Numbered from the whole stretch's first letter, positions 11,910-23,430 are shown. The stretch is 63,820 nt of DNA, filler included, from Stramenopiles sp. TOSAG23-6 (GCA_900128565.1; 13 parts of 13 records of this genome joined end to end with filler, not necessarily neighbours in it); one strand, 5' to 3'. Notes: generated by a model from the sequence alone, not told the origin. Made by a program: numbers and translations.

Positions 11910-13191
11910 TCAAAACACATTATATTTTGCATGAACTTCTTCGTATATTCTAAGAATATTAATTTCTCTGACACTTCCATGACCTTCCATTTCACAATGA
12001 CTTCTAGTAGGACAATGAACAACTTCCTTATGTTTTTGAAATAGCCAATTCCACCAATATTTTCTTGTAGATATTTGATCATTTAAAGCATTATCTCTTT
12101 CACGTAAACGAATTCCTTCTCTTGCAGTAATGTATTGTGAAAAATATTTTTTAAAGTAAAATATTTTTGTTAGGTACAAAATTTCGTACGAAAAAAAACT
12201 TTCGATTTTTTTGTTAAAAAAAAAAATAAAACATACATATCCCACATTTCAATATATGTACTTATTATATACCCGGATAGTACAGGTACTGCAGTTATTA
12301 CAACAAATATTTGAAAACTTATGAAAAATGTTCGAGCGATAAGTTCACTGTGTAAAGCCACTTCAGCAGCATTCATGAGAGTTGGCCATGAACCAAGAAT
12401 ACTTACTGTAAACATTGAAAATAAAGAATTAAATAAATTATCAAAATTTTGTCCACGTCGATTCACACACCATTTTGCAGTCTTGGAATTTATACTATTT
12501 TGATACAAATGAGAATTACAGATATCGTCATTATCCACTGGATATCCTGTGAGCTTACCTTGTAATAATTGCATAGCAAATACACTCCATATGTAAAGTA
12601 CAGTACTATAAACACATAATGCTCGACCCATTGCTGGAATAATTCTATATATTGTCATGAAATGATGACGTGTCAATGGTAATGCTGATATGGATCTTGC
12701 AAGTCTTAGAATTCGCATACTATATAAAACTCTAAAATATCCAGCAAATTGAAGTGCGATTGACTTATTTAGTACTCTTTCATCATCACCAATTGTCATT
12801 GCATAGGAAGCAAACGATGCCAAAACACACAATGTATCTAAAATATGTGTTTTGTCATGAAAATATACATGAAATCCAAATGCATAGATTTTTAATATAA
12901 CTTCAAAAGTGAAAAATACACAAAGAAGAATTCCAATAATGTACCATGCATTAGATGAATTTTCATCTGTATATATTTCATACATAACATTAGGATGATT
13001 ATGATTTACATCTGGTCCAATCATATATATTTGTATACACGAAATAAATGCAAACACATTGACTATAATTTCAAAGCATACTGTACTTAAGATGTGAGCC
13101 AATATATGTTTCAAATATTGATTTGACATACAACATGGACTACAATGTAAATGATGTGAATGAATCACTTTAAAATTTAGATATGATAATA
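11910..13191 (-). CDS. Mirror copy of the ion channel fragment
   Basis: Reverse complement of 6648-7929. Confidence 0.7.
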
Positions 13192-13721
13192 NNNNNNNNN
13201 NNNNNNNNNNNNNNNNNNNNNNNNNNNNNNNNNNNTTAATTAATTAANNNNNNNNNNNNNNNNNNNNNNNNNNNNNNNNNNNNNNNNNNNNCCGAATTGT
13301 CCGCCGAATTTGCTCCGAAAAAAAAAAAAAAAAAAAAAAAAAATGACGCTTAACGTGAATTGTCGATACGATTATTTGAACGAGAAATTTCAATTTTTTT
13401 TAGCGAAACGAAACCTGCAAATTGCCGAGCTTGTAAAAAAATCGTTAGGTACAAACTTTAGTACGAAAAAATGTAGGTAAAAACAATTTAGGTACTATTA
13501 AGAATATATATTATATATATGGCGCAAGGTACATGTGTCATAATAATCTTGTTGGTTAAATTTTGATTTTTATTTGATTTAAACCAAATGGCAAAACAAT
13601 GTACTGTATGAATATATTACACTCGGTATATACTAAAGGAATAGATATTCATATTCACACACAATTGCTAGAAAGTGTAGTTCTGTGCTCTCTTCCCTAT
13701 CAGTGGCATCTTTTGGGTTAA

Positions 13722-16643
13722 CTACAGAGCAGCAGAGTTACTTTCATCAACTTCTACCGCAACTTCTGATTCAGGTTCAGGTTCAGATGCTGCAGATGTA
13801 GGTTTCGGAGGAGCTATCATTGAGAAGTGTGTGATCCTTGGTCCTGGATTGACTGATAATAGAAGGTTTTGAGCAACTTCATCTATTGTTCGGGGAACTC
13901 TAACGGCTTGCGTCATTAATTTCATTCGTATTTGAATGCTGAAATAAATATACCATCGGATTTCTTGTGTTTCATCTCCTTTAAGTATTTCATCGTGTCC
14001 AAGTTTAAACATTTTCAACAATGGGCTCTGTATGATATCGTCAGTAATTATACCAAATATATTTTCAAACTCAGATACAGATTCTACTAGATCTGACATA
14101 TCAGAAAATGTAGAAGAAAAATCATCAAGATATACTTTTGGTGGTTCTTCCGCGGTTAAAACCTTCATTGGTTCAGTGCTCATCATTTGTAACTGGTACA
14201 CAACTAGATACTGTGCCATCTTTAACATTGATGCATTCATCAAGTCTTTGAAACCTTTTTCAAGTCCATATGTACCATTTAATGGTTTGACTAAAGCCCT
14301 TTTAAAGGATTCTTTGAAAATGTGTGAAATTAATTTATCGAAAACTTCATCCATATTCCTTTGATTTTGTTCACCGCCATCTGGCATATAATTTCTCGCT
14401 TTATCCAGCTGATGTTTCATGTCTTCATCTACAGCTTCTGTCGCATCTTCATATATAGCCTGTACATATTCAGAAGCTAATAGAGTTGTATGCACAAAAG
14501 CTTTAATGTGCTCAAATCTCGCGCGAAAATCATCACCAGGCTTGACATGAAGAGTAGCTCCAGTGACAGCGGATGCATTTAAAATTGGAGCGAAAGGCGC
14601 GGTAAAGAAAAAGTCTATTATGCTACGCTCTATTGTTGTGTCAATTCTTGCTTCTGGATCAAGCATCAACTCTACCATCTTCGCGATGTATTCAGCGTGT
14701 GTTTCGATTGCTTCTTCTTTTTCAGCAAGAGCTTGTGCAAGTACAAGTACATCGTTATCACCACTTTCGGTTGTTTTGTTTTTGTTTTTGTTTTTCTTTT
14801 TCTTCTTTTTAGGTTTCTTGGTCTCTGGGTGTGTAAGCGCCGCCCCTGTGTTACTGTCACTCGCGGCGACGCCATGGGCGGACGCCCTCTCCCCAACACC
14901 GACCCTGTCAGCGCCGGTTTTAGCTTTATCTTCAACTGTAGTTAAATGTGCTGCATCTTCTTGCACTGCACTTATTGCTATTGTTGAGGCGTTTTCTTGA
15001 AACTGTTCTGGAGGATGGCCCCCACTCAACTCCTTCGGTGGGAGCTGGGCCTCTGGGTGTGCAAGCGCGTCACTCTCACTTGCGGCGCCTTCATGGGCGG
15101 ACGCTCTCTCCTCAACACCGACCCTGTCAGCGCCGGTAACAGGTATCTGTGGTAGAGAAAACGCCCTTTCTAAAGCATCAATATGACCATTTATGATATT
15201 ATCGTATAAGTCTTCAAATGCCTTTTTCAAATTTGTAACTAAAGTCACATTCTTACACACGTTGCTATCTCCTTTTTGAGGGTTTTGAATGAACATATGT
15301 TCACCAGGATCCCTTACCATAATATCTTGAGCGCAATAGGCTTTAAAAATTTTCTTTTTACTATCTTCCTCAATAGCGGTGTCAAACATCATTCCAATAG
15401 AATTATATCTGATGAATGGACTATTTTCACCAAACATCTTCAAAAAATGGACCAATATTTCAGTGACACTTTTGTCTTCCAAAACGGCATTATACTGTCC
15501 AAGGAAAAATCGTGTCATTTGAACAATCATATATGATGTCAATCCCTTGGGACCATTTAGATTTTGATGATTGAGATACAATTTCAAGAGAAAATTCAGT
15601 TCGCGTATATTCATCGATCTAAATACCCTGAACGTACGTTGCGTATCGCTTATACTTTTCCTTTCATCCACAGAAGGGTTTTTAAGTAATATTTCAATTT
15701 TATCGCCATCCAAAGTGAATGAAACCATTGGGAAGTTTGAACTCGGTATTAATTCGACATGAGCTATTCTTTTATCACTTCTACGACTCAATTGTTCTGA
15801 TAATTCCCTCAAATACTGCATTCCCTTGCTTTTATCTCCAAAGACCGGATTTGTGATAAGCACATCAACATCCGATATGTATCGCATGAATAAACCATAC
15901 TCGGAGGATCCAGAAAAAACGACCTGAACATCATCGTCGGGTAGTATTTCCTTCAGCAATTTGAGAGCCTTATCTTTTATTTCATCCCCCCATTTACCTT
16001 GTGGTTGAGATTTTATCACTGTCAATTTTTGTTGTATCAATTCGATTGATATTTTTGGAATCTCAGTCTCTGCAGGGTGTTGTAATTCAGGACACTTGAC
16101 ACGTACATGTGTATTATGGTTGAGTTCAGGTTCGACTCGAGATACTGTTTCCCACATATTTGGTGATCCCGTACGTAGATGAGAACTTGGATATGGTGTA
16201 GCACGGCCTAATTGAAGTGGTTGTAATGCAAGTGGTTCATGAACCTTTGGATGTGGTGATTCACGCCTCGACTCAACTGGTGGTGGATCTGGTGGTGGAT
16301 AGAAGACTGGACGTAATACATTAGATGCCATTGAAGATGCAGTAAATATATCCGGGATTCTCTCACCAAATACCTGAGTATATGTCATCGCTAGACTTGC
16401 TCTCTCACTTGCGATCTTCTCTTTCAAGTATGAGAAATTTTGACGGTCTCTTTCATCATATTTTATTCCATCAAATATTCCTGGTGGTGCTGAGAGTACT
16501 TTATGAAGTGTTTTTAATACGGAATCCGCTTTGGAAATCTCATAAACCATTTCTTCTCTAGAGAACTGTCTTTGCCCAGAATGACTGCTCAGTGTTATAT
16601 ACATGCTTTGATATAAACATATGATCAATAAAAGCTTCCTCAT
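13722..16643 (-). CDS. TRF4/TENT-like non-canonical poly(A) polymerase domain protein with a signal-peptide-like N-terminus, intronless
   Basis: FSGSSEYGL..ISDVDV (GS plus DxD), LLKLYLNHQNLNGPKGLTSYMIVQM, and PAP-associated IQNP...NV. N-terminus is MRKLLLIICLYQSMYITLSS. Confidence 0.75.
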   Translation of the reverse strand: MRKLLLIICLYQSMYITLSSHSGQRQFSREEMVYEISKADSVLKTLHKVLSAPPGIFDGIKYDERDRQNFSYLKEKIASERASLAMTYTQVFGERIPDIFTASSMASNVLRPVFYPPPDPPPVESRRESPHPKVHEPLALQPLQLGRATPYPSSHLRTGSPNMWETVSRVEPELNHNTHVRVKCPELQHPAETEIPKISIELIQQKLTVIKSQPQGKWGDEIKDKALKLLKEILPDDDVQVVFSGSSEYGLFMRYISDVDVLITNPVFGDKSKGMQYLRELSEQLSRRSDKRIAHVELIPSSNFPMVSFTLDGDKIEILLKNPSVDERKSISDTQRTFRVFRSMNIRELNFLLKLYLNHQNLNGPKGLTSYMIVQMTRFFLGQYNAVLEDKSVTEILVHFLKMFGENSPFIRYNSIGMMFDTAIEEDSKKKIFKAYCAQDIMVRDPGEHMFIQNPQKGDSNVCKNVTLVTNLKKAFEDLYDNIINGHIDALERAFSLPQIPVTGADRVGVEERASAHEGAASESDALAHPEAQLPPKELSGGHPPEQFQENASTIAISAVQEDAAHLTTVEDKAKTGADRVGVGERASAHGVAASDSNTGAALTHPETKKPKKKKKKNKNKNKTTESGDNDVLVLAQALAEKEEAIETHAEYIAKMVELMLDPEARIDTTIERSIIDFFFTAPFAPILNASAVTGATLHVKPGDDFRARFEHIKAFVHTTLLASEYVQAIYEDATEAVDEDMKHQLDKARNYMPDGGEQNQRNMDEVFDKLISHIFKESFKRALVKPLNGTYGLEKGFKDLMNASMLKMAQYLVVYQLQMMSTEPMKVLTAEEPPKVYLDDFSSTFSDMSDLVESVSEFENIFGIITDDIIQSPLLKMFKLGHDEILKGDETQEIRWYIYFSIQIRMKLMTQAVRVPRTIDEVAQNLLLSVNPGPRITHFSMIAPPKPTSAASEPEPESEVAVEVDESNSAAL

Positions 16644-17104
16644 TGTTTATTATAAATATCTGGGTATAAATGGCGACTTATGTAAGGATAGACGTGAAGG
16701 ACTTGCTTTTCAATTATATTTCAAGCAAAACAAATCGGAATATGGAAAGCACAAAACGGGCTGAAAGTGCACTGAAAGGTACTTGTAGGCCCCTAGCTAG
16801 TAGCTGGTATAGGAACTCAAATATTATAACGGCTTATAAACGGACAACTTTTTAAAAAACATGTGAACCGGGTACTATCCGAAATTCTTATTAATTTTTT
16901 ATTGTTCATTTTTCTTATATCAAATTCTAATTTCACCAGAAGAAGCGACTCACTAAGATCTAGTCTTGATAAATTGGAAACATCTTCTGGTTCAATCATC
17001 ATCATTCGTTCATAAAATAATAGTTTTTTTTTTCATGAATTTCAAATTTTATTCTTGTACCAAATTTTGTACTAAACAAATTTTACTGTTTACTATTGTC
17101 AACA

Positions 17105-17160
17105 ATCAGGCAAAACAGTATATACCTTTATAAAGATATATTTCATATATTTTGCCATCA
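17105..17160 (-). promoter_or_regulatory. Candidate SECIS element (type II) in the 3'UTR
   Basis: UGAU-GGCAAAAUA...GAAA...apical mini-stem...UGUUUUGCC-UGAU. A 9-bp helix closed by a UGAU/UGAU quartet, about 50 nt after the TAA of a gene with an in-frame UGA. Confidence 0.75.
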
Positions 17161-17211
17161 ACAGGTGATTCAATACCAAAACGTATTCAAATAATTATAT
17201 ATTATTATTAT

Positions 17212-18592
17212 TTACAACTCAGATGAAGGGCTACGTTGAAGCGCCGCAAAAGAACTAGCCTGAAGAAATGCTTCTATTTCAGCATCAATTTTCGACCGTT
17301 CTGATTTCGCCAATCCACTGAGAAACTCTGGAGGAATTCGATCAAATCCAGCCATTGCGCCAAGTAATGCACCTAATAGTGCGCCAGTGGCAACATTTTC
17401 ACCACCGCGGTTTGCATTAGCCAATAATACTGTGCGCATGAGCTGAGTGACATCGAAATCATCATCCTGCAAGTTTTGGTTCAAATATTTATATGCCATA
17501 AAAATCATTGCAGGAAATGATTGTGGTAGATATCACGCAGTGACAGGATCCGACGGTGATGTTCTTACTGCTCGTTTCACATCAAAGCCAACTTCATCTG
17601 CCAAATTTTCCAAACATCGAGAAAAAATTTTTTTTTTACTGATTTCATTGTTAGTTACGTTTCTGTGAATGATGCATCGAATTGTTTTACTCAAGGCCAT
17701 GCCATATTCGATAGCTACGGGAGACTTTCTTGTAAAAGAAATAACAGTAGCAATATCTTTCATAGCTTCCTCGTCACTTTTAGCATACAACATCGCAGGG
17801 ACTGCAGCCACAAGAGCATCAGCGGTGTCAACATTATGTCCATCATTATCTGGACAGGCATCAAGAGATTTACCTAATTCTCTATTTGCAAAAAACATAC
17901 GATGTGCTGTACCACAATAAGTATCATTATGAGTCCCTTTTGTAGTTAAGAAAGAGATATAATCGCTCACCAGACTTTCTTTGTCGCAACCAGAGGTAGC
18001 CAATACCGTAACAACTCGGCGATATAGTAAAGCTTCAAGTGTATTATCCCCAGCTTTCATTCCTTTAATGTTTCAAATATCAATCATAATGATAACAATT
18101 TTAATAATACAGTATAAAAGAAAACCAATTAAGGAAATATTGAAAACGGGAATTAACATCAAAGAAAATTAGGAGTTGAAATTCTTCTTGTTGCTAAATT
18201 AATCGACAATAATTAACTTTTGAAAGAAGAAAGTAACTATCTGAATGAGATGATGGATTCTACGAAAGATATTTTTTATGAAACTGACCTTGGTGATAGT
18301 GATAGCTTGTACCTCTTTTCCAATATTTCTTCTTATCATGAAATATGATATTTCCAATAATGTCACCTTTATAACCACCACGACCTCCACCACCAGTATT
18401 AGACTTAGACATGATGGAACCAGCTTTTTTTTCTTTTGGAGCAATAAAGTTAGTAATTTCACCACCATATGTAGCCAAAACTTCCATCCGACCTCCATAG
18501 AACCAATGTGTGGGCATAGCAAGACTATCACCAATAAGCAAACCATACATTGCCCCCTTTACAAAATTCGCGACCGGGGCGAGAGTCGTCAT
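17212..18592 (-). CDS. ADP-ribosylglycohydrolase-family (SelJ/J1-crystallin-like) selenoprotein. Exons 18592-18289 and 18062-17212; in-frame TGA at 17535-17533
   Basis: GAMYGLLIGDSLAMPTHWFY, HNDTY and ANANRGGENVATGALLGALLGA motifs. A GT-AG intron joins YHQ-G-MKAGDNT. DPVTA-TGA-YLPQSFPAMIFMAYKY reads through in frame. Confidence 0.85.
18063..18288 (-). other. Canonical GT-AG intron lacking the stereotyped core
   Basis: CAAG|GTCAGT...TTAAAG|GA ATG restores the frame. Confidence 0.8.
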
Positions 18593-18868
18593 TTTCTAAG
18601 AATATATCAAGAGGTCTCAGGAACGATAATTGCAGGTAGACTTTACGCTGAGACACATTGTTGTGTACTAAGTATAGGTAGAGGAAGGTACCTCTTATGT
18701 GTTTCAAAAAAATTGACAGCATTCATTTTCACCAAAAACGCTAACAAACCTGCTCTGCTTGAGGAAAAAAAAACTATTCAAGAGTCAAGAGCCAACTCAA
18801 GAGTCGAGTCAACACACGAAGGGAGGAAAATACCTCTACTTAACGCTGGGGATGCTGCTTTTCAAATA

Positions 18869-19831
18869 ATGAAGTCTAAAGTTGTTGTTCTTGATAATGG
18901 TGCTGGATCGATAAAGGTTGGTTTGTCTGGCGCATCGGATCCATCATTTGTGCTACCAAATTGCTCGGCATCACTTGACCGTCAGTATCGCACTCTCTAT
19001 GCGGACGAGACAGAAATACTTGTCAAAAACAAATCCCAACTTAAATATACTCGCCCTTTTGAACGAGGTTATCTTACTGATTGGCCTACACAAAGTGACA
19101 TTTGGAACTATGTTTTTAGTCCCAAAGTTATGAACATTGTTCCTAAAGAAAGTCAGGGTCTAGTGGTTACAGAACCTCCGTTTAACCCCGTGACAATGCA
19201 AAATAAAATGGATGAACTTGTATTTGAACAACACGAGTTCCCCGCATATTTTTGTGCAACGTCTGCAGAATTTAGCAGTCAATATTATAAATACCAGTAC
19301 TCTTCTGCTTCTACGTGCGATAAGGTTTGCTCACTTGTCGTGGATTCTGGATACTCTTTTACCCATGCTGTTCCAGTGTTTGACTGTCATCCATTAACTC
19401 ATTCCATACGTCGTGTCGACGTTGGAGGAAAATTTCTGACAAATTACTTGAAGGAGCTAGTAAGTTATAGAGCGTATAATATGCAGGATGAAACACATAT
19501 AATGAACGATGTGAAAGAAAAACTTTGTTTTTGCAGTCAAATGCCAAATATCGATTTTTCACGAAACCCAACTAGTCAAGATGTTCGTAGTAGAGCACGC
19601 AAATTACGTCGTGAATATGTGCTACCTAATTATAGATCTACGATGCAAGGATATGTTAGACCTCGCGACACCAATTCTGAGTCACTTCCACATGAAATGG
19701 AAGATGGAAACACCAATGATTTAGTGAATGAAGAAACCAATGAAAAACAATTATCATCTCGTTTGAAAACATCAGATAATAAAACTCTTCAAGGAACTCC
19801 ACAGAAAAAAAATGCTCGGTCGAATGATAGT
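18869..19831 (+). CDS. ARP6: Actin-related protein 6, 3'-partial
   Basis: VVLDNGAGSIKVG, RPFERGYLTDW, LVVDSGYSFTH, VGGKFLTNYLKELVSYR..MQDETHIMNDVKEKLCF. Confidence 0.9.
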
Positions 19832-19932
19832 NNNNNNNNNNNNNNNNNNNNNNNNNNNNNNNNNNNNNNNNNNNNTTAATTAATTAANNNNNNNNNNNNN
19901 NNNNNNNNNNNNNNNNNNNNNNNNNNNNNNNT

Positions 19933-21435
19933 GAATATGTAGCAAATGAAGCTTCGGGAAAACACATTGTACGACGGCTAGAAAAAAATAAGAAGAATAC
20001 AAATACATTGAAGAAGAAAGACAACAAGAGTAAGGTTCGGGTAGAGCATAAAAATGGTAATGTGAAAACAAATCTTGATCACAGTTTCATATCTGGAGTT
20101 GAGGTTGAACGCAGTGACATCACTAACTGTATTCAGCATATAAATAGGGCAACTGATGATTGGAAATTTAAAATTGAGCAGATACAAAAGTTGACACATT
20201 TTGTGAAGCGAAGTGAAGAACATCCAGAATTGTGGACAAAAAAAATATTAGTTCGTGTTATCAGTCCTTTACTAATTTCACAAGTACGCGATCTACGTTC
20301 AACTGTAGTACGCGCCACATGTGATTTGATAAATGCAATTATGGAAATTCTAAAGGCAAAAGCACGATTTATACTTCGAGAACTGTTTCCAGTAATATTT
20401 GATATTGTAGGGAGTGGTAACTCTGTAATTGCGGACTATGCGCGAAATTCGTGTGTTTCTGTAGTAAAGCATGTACATGCTACAATAACATTACTCTGCA
20501 TTTCAAATATGGCAACATCATCTAAAAATTGTTCAATTCGTCTTCAAGCGATAGAATTATTTCATATTGTAATTAATACATGGGAATATTCAAAGATCAA
20601 TTCTCAGGCACAACTTTTACAAAATACATTACAGGTAGCACTTGATGACGTATCTGGTGAAGTTCGTAAAAAAGCAAGACGATATTTTGTAAAGTACAGC
20701 AATCTTTTCCCTCAAAGAGCTGATAATATATGTACGTTTTATATGAATTTCTAATTTAATTTTTTTTCATACGGAATTTCGTACCTAACGATTTTAATTT
20801 TTGAAATATGTTTTCATAATATATGCCGCATGGTCACAGGTCGCACTGCGAGATTACTAGATAAAATGAGTATAAAATCTTTACAATTAGGCTTAAAAGA
20901 TGACAAATTTCCTCCAAACATTCCAAATAATAATTTACTTGAGCCTCCTAAGCGTCTTTTAGCTTCAAAAAATAATGATCTTGAATGTAGTGAGAAGACT
21001 TCAAGTAAAGATAAAAATCTTTCAATAAAAGGTGAAACATTTACTGACAAAAATGGATATAAAAAGAATAATTCAATAAAAGGTGAAACATTTACTGACA
21101 AAAATGGATATAAAAAGAATAGTTCAAGTTCGATTAATTTTATCCGACGACTTGGAAAACAAATACAAATTGCACACAAATTACATATTGAAGATATGAT
21201 TTGTTCACTAGGTAAAGAATTGAAACTTATGGAGGATTTTGAGGAAAAAATGAAGATGGAAGGAGAAAATTTCATTGACGGAGAAAAAAAAATACATGGC
21301 GATGTTGTTGCATATGCAATTGAAATGACAAAACGCTTAGAAACACGTCAAATGATGAATGAAATTTCCGGCAATGCGTTGAGGAAGCTAGCTTCGGAAA
21401 CAATACGATTGGGAACAACTTCATCATCTTTATAA
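19933..21435 (+). CDS. CLASP-N/TOG domain protein, 5'-partial, 2 exons
   Basis: DDWKFKIEQI, QVRDLRSTVVRATC and ALDDVSGEVRKKAR are CLASP-N HEAT patterns. Intron at 20732-20824. Confidence 0.75.
20732..20824 (+). other. Non-canonical intron GT..AT (93 nt)
   Basis: AT|GTACGTTTT...CATACGGAATTTCGTACCTAAC...CATAATAT-AT|GC is in frame. An in-frame CAG also lies 15 nt downstream. Confidence 0.65.
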
Positions 21436-21557
21436 TGGAAACTTTATAAAATGGCTTTAACCACAAGTACAAGGTTTCAATTTTTGAAATGAAAAATAAA
21501 ATTTAAATATTTTTTTTGATACGAAATTCCGTACCTAACATTTTTTTTGTCTACTTT

Positions 21558-22306
21558 TTATTTATGTTTCCGTCGAGAATAACCATTCAGTGGAGCTTTA
21601 TCTATATAGTTGAGTCGCAGAGCTTCAGATAGGTGCGAAGAAAATAGGCCTTTTTGTCTAGCATGTACTGTGAAGAAATTATAGAAAACAGAAAATTCGT
21701 TAAGTACGCAATTTCCTATGAAAAAAAAAGATTTGAAATGAAAGATGAAAAGTGAAATTTTTTTTTTTTAATTTGTTAGGTACGGAATTTCGTACTAAAA
21801 AAAAACTAAATTCGAAAAATTGAAAAAAATAAACGTACATGTATTTTCAGTAATTTCTTTTCTTCCTCCGAAACTAAATGTCCAGAATACGCCAAGTCTT
21901 CTTGCATTGCCGTTTTGTGTGGATCTGATCCTCGAAGAATGAAGAGCGAATTTGCCATATTTGTGGAGGACATTCCATGCGGTACTCCTGACACTGTTTT
22001 ACGTGTTTGCTGAGCGAGGTTTTTTCGTTTATTGTATATGTCACGAGATCTATGTTTTATATAATATTTCCCCCTTTTTTTTTTATTCTTTTTTGTCATT
22101 GATAACTTTGCTTTTATTTCTTCCAGTTCTGCAGTTAGTTGGTTGCGTCTAATGTTTAACTCATCCACATCAACAACTTTTTGTCTTGTATCCTCCACAT
22201 CAAAAATCTTCTGGTTGTCCGCCATGGGCGGCTCACCTGGACTATCTGATTTATGTTCTATTTCATGGGGATATGCTCCATGTACACGCTGTGGGTGTAA
22301 AAACAT
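21558..22306 (-). CDS. Hypothetical protein, 2 exons
   Basis: ORF from the ATG at 22306. Intron 21663-21838 joins KIH to ARQKGLF...RKHK*. Confidence 0.55.
21663..21838 (-). other. Non-canonical intron with a duplicated internal core (176 nt)
   Basis: CAT|GTACGTTT...AGTACGAAATTCCGTACCTAAC...CATAGGAAATTGCGTACTTAAC...CACAGTAC-AT|GCT. Confidence 0.65.
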
Positions 22307-22726
22307 AATACCTTTGAGAGTGTACTGTTGGGTTGGTCTAAGTTAAAATCAAAATCTTTGGATGATCACAGATCAGATCTTCAAACAAAATGTAAGACAA
22401 TTCGGATTCTCTCAAACCTCTCAAACGTTTGACTACTGGATTTTTATGACCGTTTCATCCTTTTCAGTTNCTTTTTTTTTTNCTTTTTTTTTTTCAGACT
22501 GAGTCTCCGACGACCTCACATACAATTATCAATCTTAAGTCTTGACTTGTGTGTTTTGCATCAACGAAAGAGACGACACATTCTTAAACTAAAAGAATAT
22601 TCACAAGTCTATTAGGACCTATACATATATATATACAGAATCTGGAACTTTGAACGGTTCTACCACTTATTAAAGTGTTATAGAATAAAGTTAACTTCAG
22701 AACCCTAACCCTAAACATATAGTAGA

Positions 22727-22969
22727 ATGTCTAGCGACTCTAGTCAGAAAAGTATCTTAAATGCTGAAAGTCTTGAGGCCCTGAACAAGCAAGTTGAAGA
22801 AATGCAAACATCAGATAAAGAGTGGATACACTACCACCCTGACTTGGAAAAAGTTATATCTTTATTTGTCAAAAACGTCCTGAGAGAGCAGCCGGAAAAC
22901 ATCAAAGATTTTGCAGTCGAATTTTTCACGAGTGAGAATCTAAAGAGCATGGTCAAGAATTCTCCTTAA
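22727..22969 (+). CDS. RIIa-domain small protein (RIIAD1-like)
   Basis: HPDLEKVISLFVKNVLREQPENIKDFAVEFFT docking-domain pattern. Confidence 0.75.
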   Translation: MSSDSSQKSILNAESLEALNKQVEEMQTSDKEWIHYHPDLEKVISLFVKNVLREQPENIKDFAVEFFTSENLKSMVKNSP

Positions 22970-23113
22970 ATATTTTTGAAATAAATTCTTTTAGATACCT
23001 ATGGATTCTTTTATATACCTTGTTACATTTTTATTACTTTCTCATTAAGAATTCTCATACTATTTCTACGGATTTCTACGAGACACCCCAGGGTTATACT
23101 ATTTCTACGAGAC

Positions 23114-23157
23114 ACCCTAAACCCTAACCCTAACCCCTAACCCTAGTACCCTAACCC
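23114..23157 (+). repeat. Degenerate interstitial telomere-like (CCCTAA)n tract
   Basis: accctaaaccctaaccctaacccctaaccctagtaccctaaccc. Confidence 0.75.
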
Positions 23158-23430
23158 AAACAATACAAAAATTGGGAAAAATAAAAAAACAATACAAAAA
23201 TTGGGAAAAATAAAAAAAAATTGATATAAATATGGAAGTAATGAACTAATGAATACAAATGAAAAATTTTTAATCTACACTTGAGAAAATACAAAATTAC
23301 TAGTAGTATAAAAAACAGTGGGTATAGAGAACATTTCAAGGTTTTTTTTTTTATTGTTACGTGTCTTTATCTGTACACTGTGAGATTCCGTACCATTTTT
23401 TTGTATTTAAACGTGAAACACTACTTCTTA

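Larger units (their letters stand above)
6648..13191. repeat. Whole-contig inverted repeat (fold-back) centred near 9956, with a ~29-nt unpaired spacer at 9942-9970
   Basis: All ORFs of 6648-9941 recur on the opposite strand in 9971-13191. Confidence 0.95.

Noticed and set aside
6648-13191. 6.5-kb palindrome as a biological hairpin chromosome or amplicon
   Set aside because: Other fold-backs occur at 38530 and 59321. The pattern is typical of whole-genome-amplification chimeras and cannot be called real without unamplified long reads.
17533-17535. UGA reassignment to Cys/Trp, or a pseudogene
   Set aside because: TGA ends other genes in the window, and a SECIS-like hairpin follows this gene.
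18278-18868. Long N-terminal extension of ARP6 in the ORF track
   Set aside because: It overlaps the antisense ADP-ribosylglycohydrolase exon and intergenic DNA. ARP6 similarity begins at the ATG at 18869.
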